From positions 44,030 to 108,029 of the forward strand of contig PLLX01000164.1 of the NCBI GenBank assembly GCA_003141415.1: a stretch of DNA of 64,000 nt, given 5' to 3'. Every line of letters starts with the position of its first letter. The first letter of the stretch is position 1. This document shows, piece after piece, positions 24,359-33,734 of the stretch. The notes beneath the pieces are model-generated. The model saw only the letters and a program-made list of their open reading frames with translations, made no database searches and had not been told where the DNA came from. Origin of the DNA: Bacteroidales bacterium. Lineage in GTDB: Bacteria > Bacteroidota > Bacteroidia > Bacteroidales > VadinHA17. The translations under genes were made by a program, and so were the position numbers.

Positions 24359-25711
24359 TTATTTAAGAAAAACCTCCAGCACAGGAATTTCCACCTGCGG
24401 CTTCTGAACAGGAAGTGAAAGAATCAGATCATTTTTGGATTCATCCGATGGTCTGTATCTTATTTCAGACGCATCATTCAGAAACTGAATATACTTAACT
24501 TTATCACCTATATTTGATAATGTAAGACTTCCCAATGGATATGCCAATAAATGAATATATAACCTCTTTGCTACAGGATTATAAGTCAGAAGTGTGTTAA
24601 CCGGTGCTGTAATACCTTCAGGTGCTTCAGTGCAGCCATAGATCGAACGATTATTAAATTTCATCCAATCCCCAATCGCTTTTAGCCTGTCCTGTGCTCT
24701 GGAGTCAAAAACACCACGCGCCGTTGGACCAACATTTAATAGTAGATTTCCTCCTTTACTGACAGATTCAATAAGAAGTTCAAGAAGTTGTGCCGGGCTT
24801 TTCCAGGTATATTCATCGCGGTAATAGCCCCATGAACCTGAGAATGTCTGGCATGTTTCCCATGGAACTCTTTTACCATTTACTTCAGGCCATTTTACAA
24901 CCTGCACCTGTTCAGGTGTTGTGAAATCCCATCCCTCTTCTAAATTGTCAAGATCAAGACGGTCATCAACGATAATTCCTGGCTGAAGTGAACGGGCCAT
25001 CTGCAAGAGGTTTTCAGAATCCCAGTCATCATGGCCTTTGCCATGCTTACCCGGGAATGAAAAATCAAACCATATAATACTTATTTCACCGTAGTTTGTA
25101 AGTAGTTCACGAACCTGATTTTTTATATACTCACGATATTTTGTCATATCCCTTCCTTTATTAAGACGGGCATAGGCTGAATCAGATATCTGCCTCAGCG
25201 GATGATTACTATCAATAGTATAATCCGGATGATGCCAATCAAGAAGGGAGTAATAGAACCCGACCTTTAATCCTTCTGCTCTGAATGCTTCAACATATTC
25301 TTTTACTATGTCTTTTCCATAGGGAGTATTAGTTGCTTTATAGTCGGTAAATTTCGAGTCGAACATACAGAAACCCTCATGATGTTTAGCGGTTAGTACC
25401 ACATACTTCATTCCGGCAGCTTTTGCCATTTTTGCCCATTCATGCGGATCCCACATGTCAGGGTTAAACATTTCAAAATACTTCTGATACTGTTCGTTAG
25501 TCATTCTTTCGGCATTCTTTACCCATTCATGACGGGCAGGTAAAGCATATAAGCCCCAGTGAATGAACATTCCAAAACGGGCATCGGTCCACCATTTCAT
25601 TCGTTCGGCTTTCTGGCTATCTGTTTCTTTAGGAAGCTGAGTCTGGGATAACCCGGTGGTGAATAAAAGGGAAACTAATAAAGGAACTGTAAATAAAGCT
25701 TTTGTTTTCAT
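24359..25711 (-). CDS. Alpha-L-fucosidase, GH29
   Basis: Signal peptide. FGMFIHWGLYALPARHEW, KYVVLTAKHHEGFCMFDS and GGNLLLNVGPTARG. Confidence 0.9.
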   Translation of the reverse strand: MKTKALFTVPLLVSLLFTTGLSQTQLPKETDSQKAERMKWWTDARFGMFIHWGLYALPARHEWVKNAERMTNEQYQKYFEMFNPDMWDPHEWAKMAKAAGMKYVVLTAKHHEGFCMFDSKFTDYKATNTPYGKDIVKEYVEAFRAEGLKVGFYYSLLDWHHPDYTIDSNHPLRQISDSAYARLNKGRDMTKYREYIKNQVRELLTNYGEISIIWFDFSFPGKHGKGHDDWDSENLLQMARSLQPGIIVDDRLDLDNLEEGWDFTTPEQVQVVKWPEVNGKRVPWETCQTFSGSWGYYRDEYTWKSPAQLLELLIESVSKGGNLLLNVGPTARGVFDSRAQDRLKAIGDWMKFNNRSIYGCTEAPEGITAPVNTLLTYNPVAKRLYIHLLAYPLGSLTLSNIGDKVKYIQFLNDASEIRYRPSDESKNDLILSLPVQKPQVEIPVLEVFLK

Positions 25712-25755
25712 ATAGAATGGTTTTATAATCTTTTAATGAAAAGTGACAGTTTTTT

Positions 25756-26928
25756 CTAAAGACTATGTAGCAGTATCTCTGCTAAATCCTCCTCAGCTAA
25801 TTTAACCGGATTATTTTTAATTTCAGTTTTGGAGCAGATTATTCTTATATCTTTTTCTGAAAATCCTGATTTTCGCAAACCTGTCAAATGGAGATCACGA
25901 GTAAGTTGATAGAGGTAACTTACAAAACTGTCAGTATAGTACTCATCAGTGTGCCCGCTTTTGTTAAGAAATACTTCACCCAGAATTGCATATTTTTTCA
26001 ATGCAGACGGATTATTGCCAATCTGTCTCAGTTCCCTTATATTTATCTCGTTTGATTTTGCCATAAGAGTTCCGCATATCATACCATGTGGTATGTTATA
26101 CATCCCTCCTATTGATGCTGCAAAACCATGAACAACACCGAGTCCGGCATTTGCCAGGCAAATTCCTGAAGTAAGCGCGGCAAATGACATTCCGGTTCTG
26201 GCTTCTATATCGTCACCATTTAAATAACTTCTTGTCAATGAGGTTTTTATTGTTTTGAGACCTTCCAAAGCCAGGGCATCTGTGTATTCATTCGACTTAT
26301 CAGAGAGATATGCTTCGGTAAGCTGTGAAAAACAGTCCATCCCGCTTACAGCAGTAATCTCTTTTGGACAATGAAATGTCAGTTCCGGGTCAACGAGTGC
26401 TATATCGGGTACAAAGTTATCGTGCCTTAGTGATCGTTTGAATCCGCTTTTCCCAACCAGGGAGATCACAGCATTTTTTGTTGCTTCACTACCTGTACCT
26501 GATGTAGTAGGAATAGCAATAAAAGGCAATTTAGTACCAGGATGTTCTTTGTTCCCGACTCCCTCAAGAAACTCAACAACAGATTCCGATCTGTTCATCA
26601 TTGCCGAAATCGCTTTCCCGGCATCAATCACGCTTCCTCCCCCAATTCCGACAACAAGATCAATTTTCTCGGTTTGAAACACTCTTGTGGCATTGTCAAT
26701 AATATCAGGTGATGGCTCACCCTGAACCTGGAGAAGATAATATTTAATACCTTCATTTTTAAACTCATGAAAAAGTTTCGCGGCTTGGCCGGAACTAAGA
26801 AACGAGTTCTTTCCTGTAACAAGCACTATCTTGTTTCCGTAATGTTGTACAATAGAAGGCAGTTCGGCGATTATCCCGTTTTTGAAATAAATTTTTGGTA
26901 ACCGTGAAAATTGAAAAGGTTTTACCAT
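25756..26928 (-). CDS. Iron-containing (group III) alcohol dehydrogenase
   Basis: GIGGGSVIDAGKAIS, PTTSGTGSEAT and GVVHGFA... are typical Fe-ADH motifs. The start overlaps the upstream ABM gene stop by 7 nt (AAATGGTAA). Confidence 0.85.
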   Translation of the reverse strand: MVKPFQFSRLPKIYFKNGIIAELPSIVQHYGNKIVLVTGKNSFLSSGQAAKLFHEFKNEGIKYYLLQVQGEPSPDIIDNATRVFQTEKIDLVVGIGGGSVIDAGKAISAMMNRSESVVEFLEGVGNKEHPGTKLPFIAIPTTSGTGSEATKNAVISLVGKSGFKRSLRHDNFVPDIALVDPELTFHCPKEITAVSGMDCFSQLTEAYLSDKSNEYTDALALEGLKTIKTSLTRSYLNGDDIEARTGMSFAALTSGICLANAGLGVVHGFAASIGGMYNIPHGMICGTLMAKSNEINIRELRQIGNNPSALKKYAILGEVFLNKSGHTDEYYTDSFVSYLYQLTRDLHLTGLRKSGFSEKDIRIICSKTEIKNNPVKLAEEDLAEILLHSL

Positions 26929-27230
26929 TTTGAACTGTCATTTGGTTCAATGATTTTATATTTCACGCCATGCCTTGGCTGAGCCATGTAATCCTGAACA
27001 ATGTCACGCCATTTCAGATAGTGGGCAGTGGTCCTATGATCAGCTGCAATTGTCTCAGATTCATAAGCTTCATAAATCATGAACTGAGTTGGATCATCAG
27101 CCTGTTGAATTAAGTCAAATCGAAGATTACCGGGTTCTTTTAACGATTCAAGATGATTTGCTGCTGTTGCATCAATAAACCTCGTGATATCATCGGGTTT
27201 TACATGGACATATACACAAGTTACAATCAT
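26922..27230 (-). CDS. Antibiotic-biosynthesis-monooxygenase (ABM) domain protein, LsrG-like
   Basis: 102 aa. VHVKPDDITRFIDATAANHLESLKEPGNLRFDLIQ...FMIYEAYESETIAADHRTTAHY closely follows the LsrG/ABM pattern as I recall it. Confidence 0.7.
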   Translation of the reverse strand: MIVTCVYVHVKPDDITRFIDATAANHLESLKEPGNLRFDLIQQADDPTQFMIYEAYESETIAADHRTTAHYLKWRDIVQDYMAQPRHGVKYKIIEPNDSSKW

Positions 27231-27367
27231 AGCTGCTTATATTTTTTAGTAAAGTTAAATGATTAGACTTTAAGTTCAAACTACTTCTTAAATTCACAAA
27301 AAACAATAATTTCGGTCAGAATTTTCTATCTTGCTGATGATATTTAGATTTAACAAAAAGTTACAAC

Positions 27368-29794
27368 ATGAAATTTAGACAATCAGGTTCAATTTGGCCG
27401 ATCCTAATATTTATATTTGTATTTATCAGGACTTCAGCACAGTCCGAGTTAAAACGGGATAATCTGTTTGATTTTAACTGGCGATTTCACAAAGGAGGTG
27501 CACTTGGGGCAGAAGTACCATCATTTGACGATTCACAATGGAGGATAGTTGATCTTCCCCATGATTGGAGCATTGAAGATTTACCTGGAACAAATTCCCC
27601 TTTCAATTCAGATGCCATCAGCCAGGTAAACGAGGGTTTTACTACAGGAGGAACAGGTTGGTACAGGAAAACATTTGCTATCCCGAAAGAATTAAAAAAT
27701 AAACAATTTGTTATAATGTTTGAGGGAGTTTATATGAACGCAGAAGTATGGCTTAATGGTGAATTTCTTGGAAATCATCCTTATGGTTATACAAGTTTCT
27801 GGTTCGATATCTCCGGGATAATAAAATTTGACAAGGGAAATGTCTTGGCTGTCAAAGTTAAAAACGAGGGGGAAAACAGCCGGTGGTACTCAGGTTCAGG
27901 CATCTACAGACATGTAAGATTGTGTGTTGTATCACCTGTCCATGTTGCCACCTGGGGCACTTATATTACTACTCCTCAGATATCTGAAAAAGAGGCTTTA
28001 ATAAACATTAAAACCTCAATAGTGAACCAGAGTCAAAAAGTTTCAAGAATTAACCTGGTTACAAAAATTTTCAATTCAAATAAACAGGAACAATCCGAGG
28101 TTGAGACAGAAAAAACTATTGAACCAGGTAAAGCAATTGAAATTACGCAGGAGATGAAACTTAATAAGCCAACACTTTGGTCAACTGATTCACCTGTACT
28201 CTATAAGTCAATATCTGAAATACATGAATCTGATTCAATTACTGATCATGTTGAAACAGAATTCGGAATAAGATCAATAACATTCGACGCTATAAATGGA
28301 TTACTTTTAAACGGGAAGCCATTGAAATTAAAAGGAGGTTGTGTTCATCATGACAATGGGATTCTGGGTTCAAAGGCTTATGACAGAGCCGAAGAACGCC
28401 GGGTAGAGCTTCTGAAATCAAGTGGTTTCAACGCTTTAAGATCGGCTCATAATCCGCCTTCGATTGCTTTTCTAAATGCTTGTGACCGTTTAGGTATGCT
28501 TGTAATAGATGAATCATTTGACATGTGGAAAGAAGGAAAGAATCCATATGATTACCATCTCTACTTCAATGATTGGTGGAAAAAAGATATTGAGAGCATG
28601 GTTTTGCGAGACAGAAATCATCCATCAGTTATTCTATGGAGCATTGGAAATGAAATCCCGAAAAGACAGGAAACGGAAGTCGTGGAACTGGCAAAAATGT
28701 TAGGTGACGATATCCGGCTTATTGATCCGACACGTCCGGTCACTTCTGCTGTTAATGATCTCCGACCCGATAAGGATCCATATTTTGCAGCCCTTGATGT
28801 TGCCGGATATAATTATGCCTCAGGTGGAGACCATAATCAAAATAACTTATACGAAATAGATCATGACCGCTTACCACAGCGCGTGATGGTTGGAACGGAA
28901 TCTTTTCCACTGGAAGCATTCGGAAGCTGGATGGATGTATTGGATCATCCATATGTGATCGGTGATTTTGTGTGGACAGCTTTTGATTATATTGGTGAAG
29001 CAAGTATTGGATGGAGAGGCTATTTTCAGAAACATGATTTCTTTCCATGGAACCTGGCTTATTGCGGAGATTTGGACATCTGCGGATGGAAACGTGCCCA
29101 ATCATTTTACCGTGATGCACTCTGGAAAGAGAACCAGGTATCAATTTGGGTAACGCCACCGCATCCTTCTTTTGCAATTAATCCTGAAAGACAATCCTGG
29201 TCCAAATGGCATTGGAATGATGTTGTTAACGATTGGAACTGGAAAGGAAGTGAAGGGAAAATAATGGATGTTAATATATACTCATCCTGCCCGGAGGTTG
29301 AACTTTTCCTGAATGGTAAATCGCTTGGCAAAAAGATAACTGATCGTTCAACAAAATATTTAGCTAACTGGCAGGTGCCTTATGAGCATGGAACGCTAAG
29401 AGCAGTTGGTTTTGCAGGAAAAAAGCAGGTTTCAGTTGCTGAATTACATTCTGCAGGTGAAGTCACACAAATAAAGCTTTCAGCAGACAGGAATAAAATC
29501 AGGTCAGATGGACAGGATTTAAGTTATGTTACAGTCGAACTGACTGATAATGATGGCGTTTGTAATCCCAAAGCAGAAAATGAGGTTTCATTTGAAATGG
29601 ATGGACCGGGAACCATTGCAGGATTAGGAAATGCCAATCCCATAAGCCTTGAAAGTTTTCAGCTTCCGAAACGAAAAGCATGGCATGGAAGATGTATGGT
29701 AGTTGTAAAATCGGATAGAACTGCAGGAAAGATTACCCTGAAGGCAACTTCCGCACAGTTAAGTACAGCTATTATAGAAATAGAAAGCAATTAG
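27368..29794 (+). CDS. Glycoside hydrolase family 2 (beta-galactosidase-like)
   Basis: Signal peptide. NWRFHKGG...DDSQWRIVDLPHDWSIE, WYRKTF, NHPSVILWSIGNE and the C-terminal DUF4982/Ig-like tail are typical of Bacteroidota GH2. Confidence 0.9.
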   Translation: MKFRQSGSIWPILIFIFVFIRTSAQSELKRDNLFDFNWRFHKGGALGAEVPSFDDSQWRIVDLPHDWSIEDLPGTNSPFNSDAISQVNEGFTTGGTGWYRKTFAIPKELKNKQFVIMFEGVYMNAEVWLNGEFLGNHPYGYTSFWFDISGIIKFDKGNVLAVKVKNEGENSRWYSGSGIYRHVRLCVVSPVHVATWGTYITTPQISEKEALINIKTSIVNQSQKVSRINLVTKIFNSNKQEQSEVETEKTIEPGKAIEITQEMKLNKPTLWSTDSPVLYKSISEIHESDSITDHVETEFGIRSITFDAINGLLLNGKPLKLKGGCVHHDNGILGSKAYDRAEERRVELLKSSGFNALRSAHNPPSIAFLNACDRLGMLVIDESFDMWKEGKNPYDYHLYFNDWWKKDIESMVLRDRNHPSVILWSIGNEIPKRQETEVVELAKMLGDDIRLIDPTRPVTSAVNDLRPDKDPYFAALDVAGYNYASGGDHNQNNLYEIDHDRLPQRVMVGTESFPLEAFGSWMDVLDHPYVIGDFVWTAFDYIGEASIGWRGYFQKHDFFPWNLAYCGDLDICGWKRAQSFYRDALWKENQVSIWVTPPHPSFAINPERQSWSKWHWNDVVNDWNWKGSEGKIMDVNIYSSCPEVELFLNGKSLGKKITDRSTKYLANWQVPYEHGTLRAVGFAGKKQVSVAELHSAGEVTQIKLSADRNKIRSDGQDLSYVTVELTDNDGVCNPKAENEVSFEMDGPGTIAGLGNANPISLESFQLPKRKAWHGRCMVVVKSDRTAGKITLKATSAQLSTAIIEIESN

Positions 29795-30009
29795 TACCAA
29801 TTGTCGGAGTGGTTGCTGAAGATGAACTGGCTGATTTATAAGGAGTCCGGAATATTATTTTAAAATTCTATTGATCCATAAAAGACAATTGATTTTTTGA
29901 TATTTGAAAAATAAATTCCTAAATTTAGGTTATTATGAACAATTAAAATGCTTGTACGTTAAAACTATAACTTGAAGTGTTGAAATTATCACTTTTTTAA
30001 TTGGACTAA

Positions 30010-30981
30010 ATGGACTTAGAATCAAAAGGAGGAATCAATAACAGAATCTTATTAATATTTCTATTTATTTTCTCTTTTTGTGTAACAAAGGGACAACAGA
30101 CACCTTTAAATCCTATCTCCTACTGGGTTTTTGTGCCCTATATATACAACCCTGCCATAGTTGGAAGCAAAGACTTCATATCTATTGGCATTAATGCAGC
30201 ATTCCAGGGAGAATCTAATACCCAGCTTATAAGCGGAAACACAAGAATTACAAAAACCAATTCCGGTTATTTCTCATCACCTGATATAATTGAATTTAAG
30301 AATATAGGAGTAGGCGGATCAGTTTATAATGATATAGACGGGTTATCACGAAATATTGGAATAAGTGGATCCGGTTCATATCAAATTCCATTAAACACAA
30401 GCAAACTCTCCTTTTTGTCATTCGGAGCAACTGTTAAAGTAGCATATCATACTATTTCTAGTGCCTCTGCCGAACAGAAGAATTCTTTGAAAAAAATATT
30501 CTATCCCAATTTCGACCTTGGAATTTATTATTATGGTACTAATTTTTTCGCCGGGGTTTCCTCGATTAATTTACTGGGTAGTCCCTGGAAGCCTGATACT
30601 CTTGGAGTTTATAAAGTACCTGTTTCACAACAGTACTTTTTTACAGCAGGATATAAGATTCTCCTGAGCAAATCACTTAATATTGTTCTGGAACCTTCGG
30701 TTTTAGTTTCAGCCACAGACTCTACCTTTAAAAAAATTACAGACAATATCAACCCCATAATTAAACTCTATTTACAGGATTTTTGTCTTGGAACATCTTT
30801 CCATAATAATGATAATATCTCAATTTTTGCTCAATTCAGATATCCCAGATTTTATGTGGGAGCATTTTATGAAATGCCGAAAAAAACTGCCTACTTTAAA
30901 AAAGCACCTATTGTGGAATTCACATTAGGTATAAATATTCAACCCGACAAATCAAGGTTTTCCAATCATAGTCACTGGTAG
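30010..30981 (+). CDS. Type IX secretion system membrane protein, PorP/SprF family
   Basis: 323 aa. The N-terminal Y.F.PY.YNPA motif (YWVFVPYIYNPAIVG) and beta-rich, aromatic-terminated sequence are typical of PorP/SprF. Confidence 0.75.
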   Translation: MDLESKGGINNRILLIFLFIFSFCVTKGQQTPLNPISYWVFVPYIYNPAIVGSKDFISIGINAAFQGESNTQLISGNTRITKTNSGYFSSPDIIEFKNIGVGGSVYNDIDGLSRNIGISGSGSYQIPLNTSKLSFLSFGATVKVAYHTISSASAEQKNSLKKIFYPNFDLGIYYYGTNFFAGVSSINLLGSPWKPDTLGVYKVPVSQQYFFTAGYKILLSKSLNIVLEPSVLVSATDSTFKKITDNINPIIKLYLQDFCLGTSFHNNDNISIFAQFRYPRFYVGAFYEMPKKTAYFKKAPIVEFTLGINIQPDKSRFSNHSHW

Positions 30982-31001
30982 AACGCACGAATAATTTTGC
31001 C

Positions 31002-32513
31002 ATGAAAAAAGTTTTTGAAATATCGTTTCTTATCATCCTGACAATAGTTTTACTCACTCCAGGTGCTACCAGTAAGAATATCAGCAGTGAACAGCAGCTG
31101 AATTCTTCATTGTCAATGGGGGTTGATACGACAAATCTTGTCCGTCAGATTGATGTAGGTTTATTCAGACTACCAATTATCCCCCCCTCTTCAGGAGTTC
31201 AGTTTTATAAAGATGGAATTGTATTCCTCTCTACATCAAAGTACGAAAGTAAGATGTCGCCGAATCAAATCTCCTTTGGAGCTGTTGAAGCGTATTTTGC
31301 ACCCGTTGAGGATTCTATTCTTGGGAAACACATGATATTTTCCCCATTATCATCATTTTCATATCCTTGTGAAGCCATGACATTTAGCCGGAATTATGAT
31401 ACAGTCTATTTCACAATGTTTCCCAAAAATGGCAGGAAAGAAAAGATCTTCATGGCAAAATTTATTGAAAAGAGTAAAAGTCTGACAGGTTTGATCCCGG
31501 AGATAGTCCCCCTGGATTTTTGTACAGATAATTCTAACTATTCTCATCCTACTTTATCATCAGATGGGAGTATGCTGATTTTTGCCTCGGACCGGGAAGG
31601 TTCAATCGGTGGTATGGATTTGTTTATCTCTAGACGAGATGGAGAAAAATGGTCCGCACCTGAAAATCTTGGAAAAAATATTAATACAACTGGAAATGAA
31701 TTTTTCCCGTTTCTCGATTCGGAAAATAATCTGTTTTTCTCATCAGACAAACTTCCCGGATATGGGGGCTATGATATCTTTACCTGTAAATTCAACGGAT
31801 CGGACTGGGATAAACCAACAAACCTGTCTGACCGTATAAACTCCGATAAAGATGACATTGCATTTACTATTAATAAAATTGATGGGAAGACAGCTTTCTT
31901 TACCAGAAGACAAACATCAGGAAAAGGAGGTTTGCAATTGTTCAGGGTTATGTTAAAACAAGAGCTTCCGGATCGAAATCTATTAACTTTATCATATGTA
32001 TTTAATGGCAAACCTGTTTCAAAAACCAGTTTCATGGCAGCCATTACTAAAACTGAAGTAAAACCGGATGAGGTAGAACCAGGAAAGACAAAACCTGAGA
32101 CTAAAGCCGTAAAAAAAGAAGGTGTAAATGTTCCTGCAACGACTGCCAAAGTAAAGAAGATACCTGAAAAAGCGAATGTCTCAAAGCCTGCACCAGGGGG
32201 GAAACCAGCTGATAATAAAAATGTTACAATAAAATCATCTATACCAACTCCTGATGAACAGAAAGATGTTGTTATCTACAGGATCCAGTTTCTTGCAAGT
32301 ATCAAACCTAAAAGTGAAAAAGAGATTATATTAAATGGTAAAAGCTATAAACTATACGAATATTTTTATCGTGGAGCATATCGTTACACTATTGGTGAAT
32401 TCAAGACACTTCCTGCAGCAGTAGAATTGCAGAGGATCTGCAGACAGTCGGGTTATCCGCAAGCGTTCATTGCAGCATTTAAAAACAACACCAGGTTTTT
32501 AGATGAGAAGTAA
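31002..32513 (+). CDS. Secreted PD40/TolB-like repeat protein with C-terminal SPOR (peptidoglycan-binding) domain
   Basis: PD40-like repeats: HPTLSSDGSMLIFASDREGSIGGMDLFIS, GNEFFPFLDSENNLFFSSDKLPGYGGYDIF. These are followed by a low-complexity K/P/E-rich linker. SPOR-like C-terminus: VVIYRIQFLAS...YRYTIGEFKTLPAAVELQRICRQSGYPQAFIAAF. Confidence 0.6.
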   Translation: MKKVFEISFLIILTIVLLTPGATSKNISSEQQLNSSLSMGVDTTNLVRQIDVGLFRLPIIPPSSGVQFYKDGIVFLSTSKYESKMSPNQISFGAVEAYFAPVEDSILGKHMIFSPLSSFSYPCEAMTFSRNYDTVYFTMFPKNGRKEKIFMAKFIEKSKSLTGLIPEIVPLDFCTDNSNYSHPTLSSDGSMLIFASDREGSIGGMDLFISRRDGEKWSAPENLGKNINTTGNEFFPFLDSENNLFFSSDKLPGYGGYDIFTCKFNGSDWDKPTNLSDRINSDKDDIAFTINKIDGKTAFFTRRQTSGKGGLQLFRVMLKQELPDRNLLTLSYVFNGKPVSKTSFMAAITKTEVKPDEVEPGKTKPETKAVKKEGVNVPATTAKVKKIPEKANVSKPAPGGKPADNKNVTIKSSIPTPDEQKDVVIYRIQFLASIKPKSEKEIILNGKSYKLYEYFYRGAYRYTIGEFKTLPAAVELQRICRQSGYPQAFIAAFKNNTRFLDEK

Positions 32514-32572
32514 TTTGAATAAAAATATTTTGCTGGGGGGTAACGCCGGTAAAAAAGAATTAATAGATCCTG

Positions 32573-33034
32573 CTATATAAATACCATTTTATCTTTAACT
32601 ACTTCTTCCATGTCGTTTGTTCCATAAAGTTTGATGCCTATACTGGGTATGGCAAATTGAAAAATATCTGCTACGGGGAAAAATACGTCTTTAATATCCT
32701 CAAACTCTTTCATCTCTTCATATTCATCAAGAGGCAAATACAAGTGTATAATTAAAACATAATCAGGTTCATTAATCCTTACAAGTACTTTAACTATTTT
32801 TGCCAGCCATAATGATGAGGAAGTGTTGAAATATTCGAGGTTGAGTCTCAGATTTGTAGTTGGTCTTGCCTCCTTAATATATTCTGAAACCCAATTAAGT
32901 ATGGGTTCATATACTTTAGCAGCGTTTTCAGGAATTGATCTTCCAAAAAAAATAAAGTCACCGGTTAGTGGATTCAGTTCAATTTGTGGAGTCTTTGGTG
33001 TCGCTTCGATTATTAAACTCTGAAAATCTTTCAT
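32573..33034 (-). CDS. DUF1987 / SiaC-like domain protein (partner-switch-type regulatory phosphoprotein family)
   Basis: ATPKTPQIELNPLTGDFIFFGRSIPENAAKVYEPILNWVSEY...LNLEYFNTSSS matches the SiaC/DUF1987 pattern (TP.I......G.S.PEN....F.....W......L.L.Y.NTSS). Confidence 0.65.
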   Translation of the reverse strand: MKDFQSLIIEATPKTPQIELNPLTGDFIFFGRSIPENAAKVYEPILNWVSEYIKEARPTTNLRLNLEYFNTSSSLWLAKIVKVLVRINEPDYVLIIHLYLPLDEYEEMKEFEDIKDVFFPVADIFQFAIPSIGIKLYGTNDMEEVVKDKMVFI

Positions 33035-33734
33035 TATAGTTGTTTTGATGACTTTAAAAATAAAATGAATTTATATCACTTATATAATCATCAAAATTAA
33101 AGTTTACTTTTAAACATCTTCAGATCTTAATCAAATTCTGACTACCAATCATCAATTAATAGTACCTCTTCATAAATATATTTACCAAAGTCAGGTTAAA
33201 TTGATCAAACTTTCTGTTAATGTTATAAATTCTAAGCTCATTTAAAGATAATTCTTGCAAACAGAAAATCAGGTTATAAGAGTTGGATTAATTTAAAAAG
33301 AATTAAGCTGAATAAAGTGTTTTAACTGCGTAATAATTCCGTTAATGACAGAAGATGTAGTTAAAAAAATAGATTAATCTTTGAATAATACGAATTTTCA
33401 TCTAAATTTTGCCATCATTGGTCAAAAAGCTAATAATTGAATTTTAGCTCAAATTTACTGATTAAACGTTATATATTATTCTGATTTTCTGCTTTTTAGA
33501 AATAACTATCATGCTAAAAGAGCAAAATGGGTAAAAATCGTTTATAAATTTCAGTAATTTTTGACGAACACAACTATTTCAGTTATTAATGAAACTTTTT
33601 TATTGATATAACCTACATTTTCATTGATTAACTAAAATTAAAAAATACCCTCTTTTACCCTTGGGAGGGTTCTGCCTATTGACTGTGATTATCTTAATGT
33701 CTATTTTTATTTTCTGAAGTTAAAGACAATTTTG

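Noticed and set aside
28752-29177. Nested or antisense ORFs of 60-141 aa inside long, well-supported genes. Examples: 28752-29177 in GH2, 486-740 in GH3, 1657-1989, 19823-20212, 31769-32149, 38394-38666 and 41396-41695.
   Set aside because: They have no recognisable motifs and low-complexity or odd composition, and each lies fully within a CDS whose own frame has strong family signatures. They are treated as chance ORFs of an AT-rich sequence.
29918-29929. A perfect 12-nt palindrome, cctaaatttagg, about 80 nt upstream of the PorP/SprF start. It could be an operator.
   Set aside because: It is a single short AT-rich palindrome with no second copy in the window and no adjacent regulator gene. 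I cannot distinguish it from chance without genome-wide statistics.
32527-32550. The G6 run (tgctggggggtaacgccgg) between the convergent SPOR-protein and SiaC-like genes, as a possible third copy of the GC-rich hairpin element.
   Set aside because: It has no complementary C-run nearby to form the hairpin, and it lacks the tttctacccc / ttggggg core shared by the two clear copies.
33561-33589. A sigma70-like promoter, TTGACG-17 nt-TATTAA, about 145 nt upstream of the EPS operon start.
   Set aside because: The primary sigma factor in Bacteroidota recognises a different consensus (about -33 TTTG and -7 TAnnTTTG). In 70% AT DNA such E. coli-type matches arise by chance. I found only 7/8 matches to TAnnTTTG (for example near 33403 and 29898), so no promoter is reported as a feature.
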